Positions 1-8,509 of a stretch of 64,000 nucleotides of DNA are shown here, piece after piece; position 1 is the first letter of the stretch, and each line of letters begins with the position of its first letter. The DNA is taken from assembly GCA_965221775.1 (NCBI GenBank), contig CBDCSU010000006.1, positions 2,080,001 to 2,144,000 of the forward strand. Reading direction: 5' to 3'. A program made the translations under genes and the position numbers. The notes under the pieces are model-generated. The model made no database searches, had not been told where the DNA came from, and saw nothing but the letters and a program-made list of their open reading frames with translations. The stretch is from Candidatus Latescibacterota bacterium. Its GTDB lineage: Bacteria; Latescibacterota; UBA2968; UBA8231.

Positions 1-801
1 GACGTCGGGACGGTCGCCCAGGGGAGGCTTGAAGGACTCGCGCACACGGCAGGGCTCGCGGTGGTTGAACTGGTAGGCGCCCAGCCCGGTCCGCGGGTGC
101 CGAATCTGGTCGTAGCGGGAGACGAGGCTCGCGGCCCATCCCAAGGCCCGCTCCTCGCCGTGGAGGCGGAACAGCTCCGCCGCCGCGTAGATCAGGTCGC
201 TGCCGGTGTTGATGAAGGAGAGGGCCGTCTGCTCGACGATCGGCAACGGCCCGGCGAGGAACTCCGCCTCTTCCCAGACCCGCGAGCGGTCCCACGGCCC
301 GTACTCGCCGTGGCGGTTGAAGAGCAGGGTCGACCAGTCCCAGATGTGGGCCTGCCAGAAGGCCTCGACGAAGCGCCGCGTACGCTCCGGGTCGATTCGG
401 TAGAGGTAGTCGTAGAAGGGGTAGACGCACTTCAGCTCGTGGTTCCCGGGCAGGGGGCCGTCCTCGTCCAAGGCATAGGTGGAGTGGCCTCCCCAGTAGA
501 GCAGGCCGCCTTCGTCGGCGACCGCCGGCAGGGCGTGCTCGATCCAGCTCCTCGCGGCGTTGCCGAAGAGGCTCTCCCCCAGCGCGTCCAGCCCCGCAAG
601 GACCCGCAGGAAGTGCTGCTGGCGGGCCAGGTTCGAGAGGACCCGCCCCTCCCAGCGCTCCGGCTCCCCCGTCGACAGGTCGACGTGGTCGGCCAGCATC
701 GGGGTGCCGTGGCCGCTGTAGCGGTCGGCGCAGAGTTCCAGGACCGCGGCGGCGTGGCCGGCGGCCGTCCGGATCAGGCTCTCGGTGTCCATGGCCGTCA
801 T
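1..801 (-). CDS. Polysaccharide lyase family 2 (pectate/exopolygalacturonate lyase-like), 3'-truncated by window edge
   Basis: Not in the ORF track; translated by hand from ATG 801: MTAMDTESLIR...SNLARQQHFLRVLAGL...LLYWGGH...HELKCVYPFY...RFVEAFWQAHIWDWSTLLFNRHGEY...LSFINTGSDLIYAA...RHPRTGLGAYQF. These match PL2 (PelW/PelY-type) motifs. Frame is open to base 1. Confidence 0.75.
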   Translation of the reverse strand, partial: MTAMDTESLIRTAAGHAAAVLELCADRYSGHGTPMLADHVDLSTGEPERWEGRVLSNLARQQHFLRVLAGLDALGESLFGNAARSWIEHALPAVADEGGLLYWGGHSTYALDEDGPLPGNHELKCVYPFYDYLYRIDPERTRRFVEAFWQAHIWDWSTLLFNRHGEYGPWDRSRVWEEAEFLAGPLPIVEQTALSFINTGSDLIYAAAELFRLHGEERALGWAASLVSRYDQIRHPRTGLGAYQFNHREPCRVRESFKPPLGDRPDV

Positions 802-808
802 CCTTGTT

Positions 809-1879
809 TCAGCCGTCCGACCCCGGCAGGGGAGGCAGCTCCCCGAGGCGTCCGCCGTAGAGCTTGTTCAGCAGGCTGGCGCGCAGGCTCTCGGCGTCGT
901 CCGCCGGGAAGCGGTCGGGGTGGCACCAGCGGGCCACCAGCTCGACGGTGAAGATGTACTTGAGGGTCCAGAAGTCGCAGGAGAACGGATCCGGCAGCTC
1001 GTGGACGCGCCCCTCGCGCACGGCGGAGACGGAGCGCCAGCCGGCCATCTCGCCCATGTCCGCGGGCCCGAGGCGGTCGTTGCACCACATGACGATCAGC
1101 TCCGGGTTCCAGACGAGAACGTTCTCGAGGTTGACCAGCAGGGCCTCCAGCTCGCTGTCGGCGGCCACGTTGGCGCCCCCCGCCAGGTCGATCAGCTCCT
1201 GCACGGTGCTGTTGCGGCCGGCCGTCTGCAGCGGCCCCTGGGCCCACATGAAGTAGACCCGCGGCAGGGCGGGCGCCTCTTCGCCCTCGGCGGGGGCGAT
1301 CTTGCGCCGCACCATCTCCAGCTCCTGGTCGGCGATGGCCAGCAGCTCGGCGGCGCGCTCCCCCGTGCCGGTGAGCGCGCCGAGGGCGGTGATCTCCCGG
1401 TGGATGTCCTCGAAGCGCTCGATGAAGACCCCGAAGACGGGGATCCCCTTCTCCTCCAGGGCCGCGATCGACTCCTCCTGCCCCGACCAGACGATGACGA
1501 GGTCGGGCTGCAGGGCGACCATGCTCTCGATGTTGACGAAGTCCCAGTTGCCCGGCGTCGCCAGGGTGCGGTGGCGGATGCGCTCGTCCATGGCCGCGTA
1601 GTAGGGGAAGACGCTGCCCTGGTAGACGTTGGTGGAGATGCCCACGATGCGGTCCTCGGCCCCGAGCATGTAGAGCCCCGTGAGGGCGCTCTCCAGCAGG
1701 CAGATGATGCGCTCCGCCGGCTTGTCCAGCTCGATGCGCTTGCCGCGGAAGTCGGTGGCCGCCACCCCTTCAGAGGCCGCGGGGGCGCCGGAGAGGCAGA
1801 GGCAGAGCAGAAAGAAAAGCCCCGCGGCGGCCGCTCCCGGTCGGGAGGGCGCCGCGGGGCTGGAAACCTCGGCGGTCAT
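809..1879 (-). CDS. ABC transporter substrate-binding protein, FecB/BtuF (cobalamin/iron-chelate) type
   Basis: Signal peptide, TDFRGKRIELDKPAERII, NIESMVALQPDLVI, LIDLAGGANVA, WNPELIV, VSAVREGRVH. Confidence 0.88.
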   Translation of the reverse strand: MTAEVSSPAAPSRPGAAAAGLFFLLCLCLSGAPAASEGVAATDFRGKRIELDKPAERIICLLESALTGLYMLGAEDRIVGISTNVYQGSVFPYYAAMDERIRHRTLATPGNWDFVNIESMVALQPDLVIVWSGQEESIAALEEKGIPVFGVFIERFEDIHREITALGALTGTGERAAELLAIADQELEMVRRKIAPAEGEEAPALPRVYFMWAQGPLQTAGRNSTVQELIDLAGGANVAADSELEALLVNLENVLVWNPELIVMWCNDRLGPADMGEMAGWRSVSAVREGRVHELPDPFSCDFWTLKYIFTVELVARWCHPDRFPADDAESLRASLLNKLYGGRLGELPPLPGSDG

Positions 1880-1883
1880 GAAT

Positions 1884-3893
1884 CTAGAAGCTGACCATCA
1901 GGCCGCCGTTGGCCGAGAAGCCGGGATCCTGGAAGCCCCAGGGCATCTCGAAGGTCTGGTTGGTGAGGTTGTAAGGCTCGAGGAAGAGCGTCAGGTCGTA
2001 CCCGTCCTGGGTGCTGACGCCGTACTGGACGCGGGCGTTCACCAGCACATACCCGTCGAGAGGCTCGGCTGTCGTGCTGATGTCCTGGTAGATGCCGCTG
2101 TACTGCTGGGCGGTGATCGTCGCCCGCAGCCCGGTGGCCAGGGTCAGGTGGACGCCGACGCCGATGGCGCTGTCGGGCACGAAGTTGATCTTTGCGCCAA
2201 CCCGGTCCGGGTACTCCTCGTTCTCGGTCACCTCGGCGTTGGTGTAGGTGTAGTTGGCGAACCACTCCACCATGTCGCTGAGGCGGTGGGTGACCTCCAG
2301 CTCGGCGCCGTTGGTCGTGGTCTGGCCAGCGTTGATGTCCTGGGACTGGGCCGGATCATCCGCCGCCACCGGTACCACGATCTGCGTGATCTGATCGGTG
2401 AGGGCGATGTTGAAGCCCCGCACGCCGATCTGCAGTCCCTCCATGGCCTGGTAGTTCACGCCCAGGTCGATGCTGGTCCCCGACTCCGGCTTGATGTCCG
2501 GGTTGGGCAGGTGACCGCCCTTGCCGTCGGGAGGCACGGTGCCGCCCACCGACTTGAGGGAGGGCGCCTTGAAGCTGGTGCCCAGGTTGGCATAGACGCC
2601 GAGGTCGTCGCTCTGGTTGTAGCGTACCCCCGCGCTGTAGAGGAGCTTGCCCCAGGAATTGCTGTCCTCGTTCGGTGTCATTCCCTGCAACAGCTCGATG
2701 TCGTGGGCGATGGAGGTGAAGCGCGCCCCGGCCCGCAGGGTGATGTTGTCCAGCCGGAACTCCTCCTGGGCATAGAGACCGAGGGCGGTGGCGGTGGCGT
2801 CGTTGCCGGGGCTGACCTCGCCGGTCTCGCGCTGAGTGGCGTACGAGGCGAGCTGATAGTCGGCGCCCACGGTGAGCACGTCCGACTCGCGGGTGATGAC
2901 GGAGACAGAGAGATCGGCCGGAATGACCGACTGGTCGACGCCGTCCTCGGAGCGCAGCTCGCGGCTCTTCGGGTCCTCCCAGATGCCGTCCTCCTCCCAG
3001 CGCCGCACGTAGTCGCGGTAGCCGACCTTGGCGTTGGCGGTGATCTTGTCGGAGACCGGGTGGGTGTAGCCGGCGTTGAGGGTGGTGTAGGTGTGGCCGA
3101 AGTCGCGGTTGATGCGGCCGGCGTCGCCCGTGTGCCAGGTGCGGTGGGCGTAAAGGGAGGCCCGCTGACCGCTGTCGTTGAGGTAGTAGGTGCCGCGCAT
3201 GTAGAGCTTGGTCTTCTCGTACTCGGGGTTGTCGTCCATCTGCAGCCAGGAGCCCTCGGTGCCGTAGTCGGTGTAGTCCGAGTCCTCGTGGTGGCCGCCG
3301 AAGAACAGGTGCAGGTTGCCGGCGGCGCGCTGGTGGAAGAACCGGCCCCCGACCGTGCTGTAGGAGCCGCCGTAGACCGAGGCGCTGGTGCGGGTGCTCC
3401 GGACCCGCTCCTTGAGGATGAAGTTGGCCGTGCCCGCCAGCGGCGACTGGTTGCCGGCGAAGTCCATGGCCAGGTAGGTCGGATAGAGGACGGAGGCGGA
3501 GCCGCGCTGGTCCTCGACGCGCTGGAAGGCCCAGGGGTCGAGGCTCTGGAGATCGACGAAGGCGTCGATGGGCAGGCCGTCGAGCATGTAGCCCTTGTAG
3601 GTGTGGGCCAGGCCGCCGGAGGAGCCCCAGTTGGCGTCGTTCCGGGACAGGACGTTGGCGAAGTTGCCCGGGCTGTACGAGAGGAGCTCCGCCAGGTTGC
3701 CGTTGCCCTGGACCAGTGAGCCCATGTCGTCGGTGGTGATGATGGAGATCTTCTGGGTCACGTTCCCCGGCGTCTGGGGCAGCTTGGAGCCGGTGACGAT
3801 GACCTCCTCCATCTCGTAGACATCCTCGGCCGCGGCCGGTCCGGCGGCGATGGCGGCGGAAAGCAGCGGCACGAGGAAAAGAGTGCGCTTCAT
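1884..3893 (-). CDS. TonB-dependent outer-membrane receptor
   Basis: AAGGGAGG RBS before MKRTLFL; signal peptide; TonB box EEVIVTGS; plug motif RVEDQRGSASVLY; NPDIKPESG; C-terminal Phe. Confidence 0.9.
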   Translation of the reverse strand: MKRTLFLVPLLSAAIAAGPAAAEDVYEMEEVIVTGSKLPQTPGNVTQKISIITTDDMGSLVQGNGNLAELLSYSPGNFANVLSRNDANWGSSGGLAHTYKGYMLDGLPIDAFVDLQSLDPWAFQRVEDQRGSASVLYPTYLAMDFAGNQSPLAGTANFILKERVRSTRTSASVYGGSYSTVGGRFFHQRAAGNLHLFFGGHHEDSDYTDYGTEGSWLQMDDNPEYEKTKLYMRGTYYLNDSGQRASLYAHRTWHTGDAGRINRDFGHTYTTLNAGYTHPVSDKITANAKVGYRDYVRRWEEDGIWEDPKSRELRSEDGVDQSVIPADLSVSVITRESDVLTVGADYQLASYATQRETGEVSPGNDATATALGLYAQEEFRLDNITLRAGARFTSIAHDIELLQGMTPNEDSNSWGKLLYSAGVRYNQSDDLGVYANLGTSFKAPSLKSVGGTVPPDGKGGHLPNPDIKPESGTSIDLGVNYQAMEGLQIGVRGFNIALTDQITQIVVPVAADDPAQSQDINAGQTTTNGAELEVTHRLSDMVEWFANYTYTNAEVTENEEYPDRVGAKINFVPDSAIGVGVHLTLATGLRATITAQQYSGIYQDISTTAEPLDGYVLVNARVQYGVSTQDGYDLTLFLEPYNLTNQTFEMPWGFQDPGFSANGGLMVSF

Positions 3894-4027
3894 CTGAGTG
3901 CCTCCCTTGTGAAGCGGTGCGAAGGTTGCTTGCATAGTCCGCGTCCGGGCGCGTCCCCCGAACGCGGGGAACAATATAAGGCACTTCCCACCCGGATTCG
4001 CTATACAAACGATACAAACGCTGATCG

Positions 4028-4843
4028 ATGAACCTGCTTGCGATCTTCGCCCATCCGGACGACGAGTCCTTCATCTGCGGGGGGGCCCTGGCGAAGGCCG
4101 CGGCCGAAGGGCACGACGTCCACCTGGTCTGCGCCACCCGCGGCGAGGAGGGCGAGATCGTCCACCCCGCCATCGACCCGGACCGCCACCCCAAGGGCGA
4201 GGCCCGGGGGCGGCTGCGTCTCGGGGAGCTGGAGAGGGCCTGCGCCGCCCTCGGGGTCCGGCCGCCCATCTGGCTGGGCCACTGCGACTCGGGGTTTCCC
4301 ATCGAGGTGGGACGGCGGAATCCCCGGGCGCTGATGAACCAGGAGGTGACCGCCCTCGAGCGGCAGATCCTGCCCGTCATCGCGGAGCTGAAGCCGGAGG
4401 TGGTGATCACCTTCGACCCCCACGGCCTCTATCCCCACATCGACCACGTCACCATCCACCGCGCCGCCACCGCCGCTTTCTGGTCGGCCGGCAGCGTCAT
4501 GCAGCCGGCGCCCCGGCGCCTCTACTACCCGGTCTACCCGCTGGAGTCGGTGCGCCGGACTCAGCAGGATCCAGACGCCACGATGTCCGACGTCGACGCC
4601 GATCTGTTCGGGGTGTCGGCAGACTCGGTGGCGTCCGCCGTCGACATCCGCGGCCAGCGGGAGCGCAAGCTGGCGGCGATCTGCGCCCACGCCTCGCAGT
4701 TCGGCACCGAGGAAGAGGTGCGGGCCCAGGTCCGGAAGCGGCCGCACATGATGGAGGTGGAGCACTACTCCCTCGGCGGCCTGCGGGGGAGCTTCCCGCC
4801 CATGCCGGTGGACGGCCTGTTCGCGGGCCTGGAGAGTTCCTGA
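4028..4843 (+). CDS. PIG-L/LmbE family deacetylase (MshB/BshB-like)
   Basis: AHPDDES, ATRGEEG, YPHIDH, KLAAICAHASQ motifs. Confidence 0.92.
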   Translation: MNLLAIFAHPDDESFICGGALAKAAAEGHDVHLVCATRGEEGEIVHPAIDPDRHPKGEARGRLRLGELERACAALGVRPPIWLGHCDSGFPIEVGRRNPRALMNQEVTALERQILPVIAELKPEVVITFDPHGLYPHIDHVTIHRAATAAFWSAGSVMQPAPRRLYYPVYPLESVRRTQQDPDATMSDVDADLFGVSADSVASAVDIRGQRERKLAAICAHASQFGTEEEVRAQVRKRPHMMEVEHYSLGGLRGSFPPMPVDGLFAGLESS

Positions 4844-4911
4844 CCGCGCCAGCGGCCTGACCTCCACCGGCCGGGGGGCTCGTGGCCGTCCCGGCGCAGG
4901 CGCTGAGGACG

Positions 4912-6036
4912 CTACCCGGCTGAGCCGCTCCGTGCGGCGGCCACCTCCTCGTAGACCCTCTCCTGATCGGCGGCGATCCGGTCCCAGCGGAACCGTTGCG
5001 CCCAGCGGCGGCCGGCGGCGCCCAGTTCGGCGCGCAGCCCGGGCTCGCGCAGCAGGCGCAGCATGGCGCCGGCGATCCCCTCCACGTCCTCGGCCTCCGC
5101 CAGCAGTCCGGTCTCGCCGTCGCGCACGGCGTCCACCAGGCCCGGGATGCGGGTGCCCACCACCGCCTTGCCCGCCGCCGAGGCCTCGACGGCGGCGATG
5201 CACCAGCCCTCGTAGCGGGAGGGGGCCACGTTGAACAGGGACCGCCGGAAGAGGTCCGTCTTCTTCCCCTCCAGCACGGGACCGGTGAACTCGACCCGCT
5301 GCTCCACGCCGGCCCGGCGGGCCAGCTCCTTCAGCTCGGCGACCCGCTCCGGGGAACCCCGGCCGGCGACCACGAGGCGGATGGCGCGGTGTTGCGACAT
5401 GACGCGGCCGAAGGCCTCCAGGAGCAGGTCCAGCCCCTTCGTGTAGGTGTCGAGACGGCCGAAGTAGAGGACGTAGCCGCCCTCTTCGGCGCCGTCCAGG
5501 AAGCAGCTGTCGTCGACGCCGGTGTAGACCAGGTGGAGGCCCCGGTCGCCGCGGATGGCGGCCAGACCCTCGGCGACGCTCGGCGAGATGGCGATGACCT
5601 GATCGTAGGCGCGCAGGGTGGCGCGCTCGATCGAGGCGGCGGGCAGCCCGAGGACCGGGCGCTTGCGGGTGGCGTGCCCCTGCATGAGGTGGAAGAACTC
5701 GAGGACGCCGGCGCGCCGGCGAGGGGCCGAGGCCCACAGGGGGGCGAAGGCGGAGAAGGAGTAGACCCACAGGTCGGCCTCGAAGCGCGCCAGGAAGCGG
5801 CTGGCGCGGGCGGAGTACGTGAGCCGGCTGACCGCGTACGACCGGGGGCTGCCGAGGTGGAGGACGCGCAGACCGTCGCGCTCCTCCTCGGGCGCAGCGC
5901 CCGGATAGGAGCCGCAGACGACGGTGATCTCGTGGCGGCCGGCCAGGCGGCGGCAGATCTCGAAAGTGCGGGCCGCGCCCCCGCCCCCGAGCCACGGGTT
6001 GCGGGGGTCGTCGTAGGAGGTGTGGAGGATCTTCAC
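4912..6036 (-). CDS. Glycosyltransferase family 4
   Basis: GGG N-terminal loop, YFGRLDTYTKGLD, PSRYEGWCIAAVEASAAGKAVV, DGETGLL. Confidence 0.92.
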   Translation of the reverse strand: MKILHTSYDDPRNPWLGGGGAARTFEICRRLAGRHEITVVCGSYPGAAPEEERDGLRVLHLGSPRSYAVSRLTYSARASRFLARFEADLWVYSFSAFAPLWASAPRRRAGVLEFFHLMQGHATRKRPVLGLPAASIERATLRAYDQVIAISPSVAEGLAAIRGDRGLHLVYTGVDDSCFLDGAEEGGYVLYFGRLDTYTKGLDLLLEAFGRVMSQHRAIRLVVAGRGSPERVAELKELARRAGVEQRVEFTGPVLEGKKTDLFRRSLFNVAPSRYEGWCIAAVEASAAGKAVVGTRIPGLVDAVRDGETGLLAEAEDVEGIAGAMLRLLREPGLRAELGAAGRRWAQRFRWDRIAADQERVYEEVAAARSGSAG

Positions 6037-6123
6037 CGGCGGCCGATCCGGGGGGCCGGTGGAGCCGCATGGCTCCGGCGCCCGCGCATGACCCGACCGG
6101 GGTGCGTGACTTGGGCCAGGGAA

Positions 6124-6390
6124 CGGTTCGGGGTTGCCCGGGGCGCCGGCGGGCCGGGATGCCCCAGGCGCTCGTGCGGGGACTTCTCAGGCGGAGCGGC
6201 GGGCGCCCGGAGGCGGTTCGGGGTTGCCCGAGGCGCCGGCGGGCCTGAATGCCCCAGGCGCCAGCGCGGGGGGTTCTCAGGTGGAGCGGCCAGCGCCCGG
6301 AGGCGGTTCGGGGTTGCCCGAGGCGCCGGCGGGCCGGGATGCCCCCGGCGCTCGCGCGGGGACTTCTGAGGCGGAGCGGCCGGCGCGGGA
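6124..6390. repeat. Degenerate tandem repeat, 90-bp unit x3
   Basis: CGGTTCGGGGTTGCCCG recurs at 6124, 6214 and 6304, and the rest of each unit is also similar. Confidence 0.92.
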
Positions 6391-6509
6391 GGAGGGTCCG
6401 CGGAGGAGACCGGCGCCAGGAGAGGGCCACCCGCTGCATGCCGAGCACCTGCGTCGCCTCCGGACCGGAGGCGCTGGCCGGGCAGCCCTGGCGGCCGCAA
6501 GTTAGGCGC

Positions 6510-7517
6510 ATGACCCGCGCCTTCCCGTCGCCGCCGCCGGTGGACGACCGCGCCCTCTACGACCTGCAGTACCGGCGCTTCGCCGCGCCCATGGCAGCCC
6601 TGGCCCAGGAGGCGGGTCTGTGCGAGCTGCTCCTGGAGCGGCCCCGCACCACCGGGGAGGTGGCCGCCTCCCTGGGGGTGACTCCGAGGGCCGCCGAGGC
6701 GATGGTCGCCGTCGTCGCCGCTCTCGGCTTCGCCCGCCGCACCGGCGGCAACCGATTCGCGCTCACCGACTTCGGAAGCACCTACCTGCTGCCGGCCAGC
6801 CCCTTCGGCCGCCGCCTCTGCCGCGAGGACGACCCGATCCTCCAGGAGCTGCGCGGCGCCTTCCGCTCCGGCGAGCCGGCGGCCCCCCTCGCCGTGGCCA
6901 TGGAGGCGCTCCCGGAGGCGGAGGTGCGCGAGTTCATCGGCCGCATGCACGCCCTCACCCTGCCCGCCGCGGGCAGCCTGGCGCGGCAGCCGGTCTTCGC
7001 CGGTGTGGAGCGGCTCCTCGACGTGGGCGCCGGCTCGGGGTCGCTGTCGGCGGCGGTCGCCGCGGCCCACCCCGGGGTGCGCTGCACCCTCCTCGATCTG
7101 CCCGAGGTCTGCGCCATCGCCGCGGAGAACATCTCCGGCTACGGCCTGGAGGACCGGGTCGTCACCTGCCCCGCCGACATGTTCCGGGACCCTTGGCCAC
7201 CCGGGCACGACGCCGCCCTCTTCGGCAACATCTTCCACGACTGGGACCCGCCCTCCTGCGCGCAGCTGGCGCGCCGGGCCTTCGAGGCCCTGGAGCCGGG
7301 GGGCCGCATCCTCCTGCACGAGATGCCGCTGGCCGAGAGCCGCGACGGACCTCTGACGGTGGCCTGCTTCTCGGTGGCCATGCTGCTCTACGAGAAGGGG
7401 AAGCAGTACACCCTCTCCGAGCTGGAGGAGATGCTGGAGGCGGCGGGGTTCGTCGGGTTCGAGTCCGCCGAGAGCCACGGCTACTACCATCTGGTCAGCG
7501 CCCGCAAGCCGGAGTAG
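6510..7517 (+). CDS. SAM-dependent O-methyltransferase (Methyltransf_2 with N-terminal winged-helix dimerisation domain)
   Basis: LLDVGAGSG, LLDLPEV, ADMF, NIFHDW, LEPGGRILLHE; ATG 6510 chosen as start. Confidence 0.9.
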   Translation: MTRAFPSPPPVDDRALYDLQYRRFAAPMAALAQEAGLCELLLERPRTTGEVAASLGVTPRAAEAMVAVVAALGFARRTGGNRFALTDFGSTYLLPASPFGRRLCREDDPILQELRGAFRSGEPAAPLAVAMEALPEAEVREFIGRMHALTLPAAGSLARQPVFAGVERLLDVGAGSGSLSAAVAAAHPGVRCTLLDLPEVCAIAAENISGYGLEDRVVTCPADMFRDPWPPGHDAALFGNIFHDWDPPSCAQLARRAFEALEPGGRILLHEMPLAESRDGPLTVACFSVAMLLYEKGKQYTLSELEEMLEAAGFVGFESAESHGYYHLVSARKPE

Positions 7518-7530
7518 ACCGGGGCGGCCC

Positions 7531-8385
7531 TCAGCGGTTGGGAGCGGCGAGGACGACGTTGGAGGCCTCCAGCTCCCAGGTCTCGTTGTAGACCGTGGGG
7601 CGGGGCCGTGGCGGCGGGTAGCCCTCCGGCTTGACCTCGGGATCCCACAACTCCAGGCGGTCCCGCCCGCGGGGCTGGTCGAGCCACTCGCGCTCGGAGT
7701 CGGCGGCCTTCACCTCCCGCCGCAGGATGAACTCGACCCAGTCGAAGGCGGTGATCGCCACGTCGGCGATGAACACCCGCGACACGTTGGTCCCGTCCCA
7801 GGTGGCCAGGTCCGGCAGCACCAGGGGGCCGGTGCAGACCTGGAACTCGCCGTCCGCCTCGTTGATGTTGATCAGGTTCACGGGGTACTCCACGGTGACG
7901 CTGAGCCCTCGTTCCTCGTCCTGGTAGGTGGAACGCGCGCTCATCAGGTCGCCGGCCAGCGTCGCTGCCGCGATCTCGCCGCCATCGGCCAGCGACCGGT
8001 GCGGGTCGTGCCTGCGCAGGTCCAGACGGGTCTCGGCGAAGGACTCCGACAGGGGGCCGCGCTCCCCCGGCTCCGGCTCCCAGCTGGGACGCCGGGCGAT
8101 GCCGACGCGGTCCTCGTCGCCGAAGACGAGACGCCACTCGGCGCTGGGGATCTGGAACATGTTGCGGCGGGCGATGGTGTACTCGGAGCGGCACGGGGCC
8201 CCGGCATAGAGGCGGGTCACCTCTCCCGTGCCGGGGTCGAGGATCTCGCAGGCCGCCTCCAGGCGGAAGCGCACGTGGTAGGACTGGCCCTCCTGGCCGA
8301 CGAATCCGCCGGCGTAGCGGTAGTGGGGGTCGTGGGTCCAGGGGCGGTGCTTCCAGGTGAAGAGGGAGCGCTCGAAGTCGATCAT
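7531..8385 (-). CDS. Hypothetical protein
   Basis: GGAG RBS before MIDFERSLFTWK; strong GC3 bias; no recognised motif. Confidence 0.75.
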   Translation of the reverse strand: MIDFERSLFTWKHRPWTHDPHYRYAGGFVGQEGQSYHVRFRLEAACEILDPGTGEVTRLYAGAPCRSEYTIARRNMFQIPSAEWRLVFGDEDRVGIARRPSWEPEPGERGPLSESFAETRLDLRRHDPHRSLADGGEIAAATLAGDLMSARSTYQDEERGLSVTVEYPVNLININEADGEFQVCTGPLVLPDLATWDGTNVSRVFIADVAITAFDWVEFILRREVKAADSEREWLDQPRGRDRLELWDPEVKPEGYPPPRPRPTVYNETWELEASNVVLAAPNR

Positions 8386-8509
8386 CGATTCTCTCCGGAT
8401 TGTGAAGTCTTCCGGTAATGTACGACGGCTGCCGGCGCCTGGAGTACCGACGCTTCGGGGCCGATCTTTCCCGCCCGGCCCCTCCCCCCCTTCCCGACCG
8501 CGAGGACCG

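Noticed and set aside
3894-4027. Cobalamin riboswitch ahead of the TBDR/BtuF-like genes
   Set aside because: Region is too short and I see no B12-box core; an Rfam scan would be needed to exclude it fully.
6124-6390. Possible CRISPR array
   Set aside because: The whole 90-bp unit is repeated with no unique spacers, and there are no cas genes.
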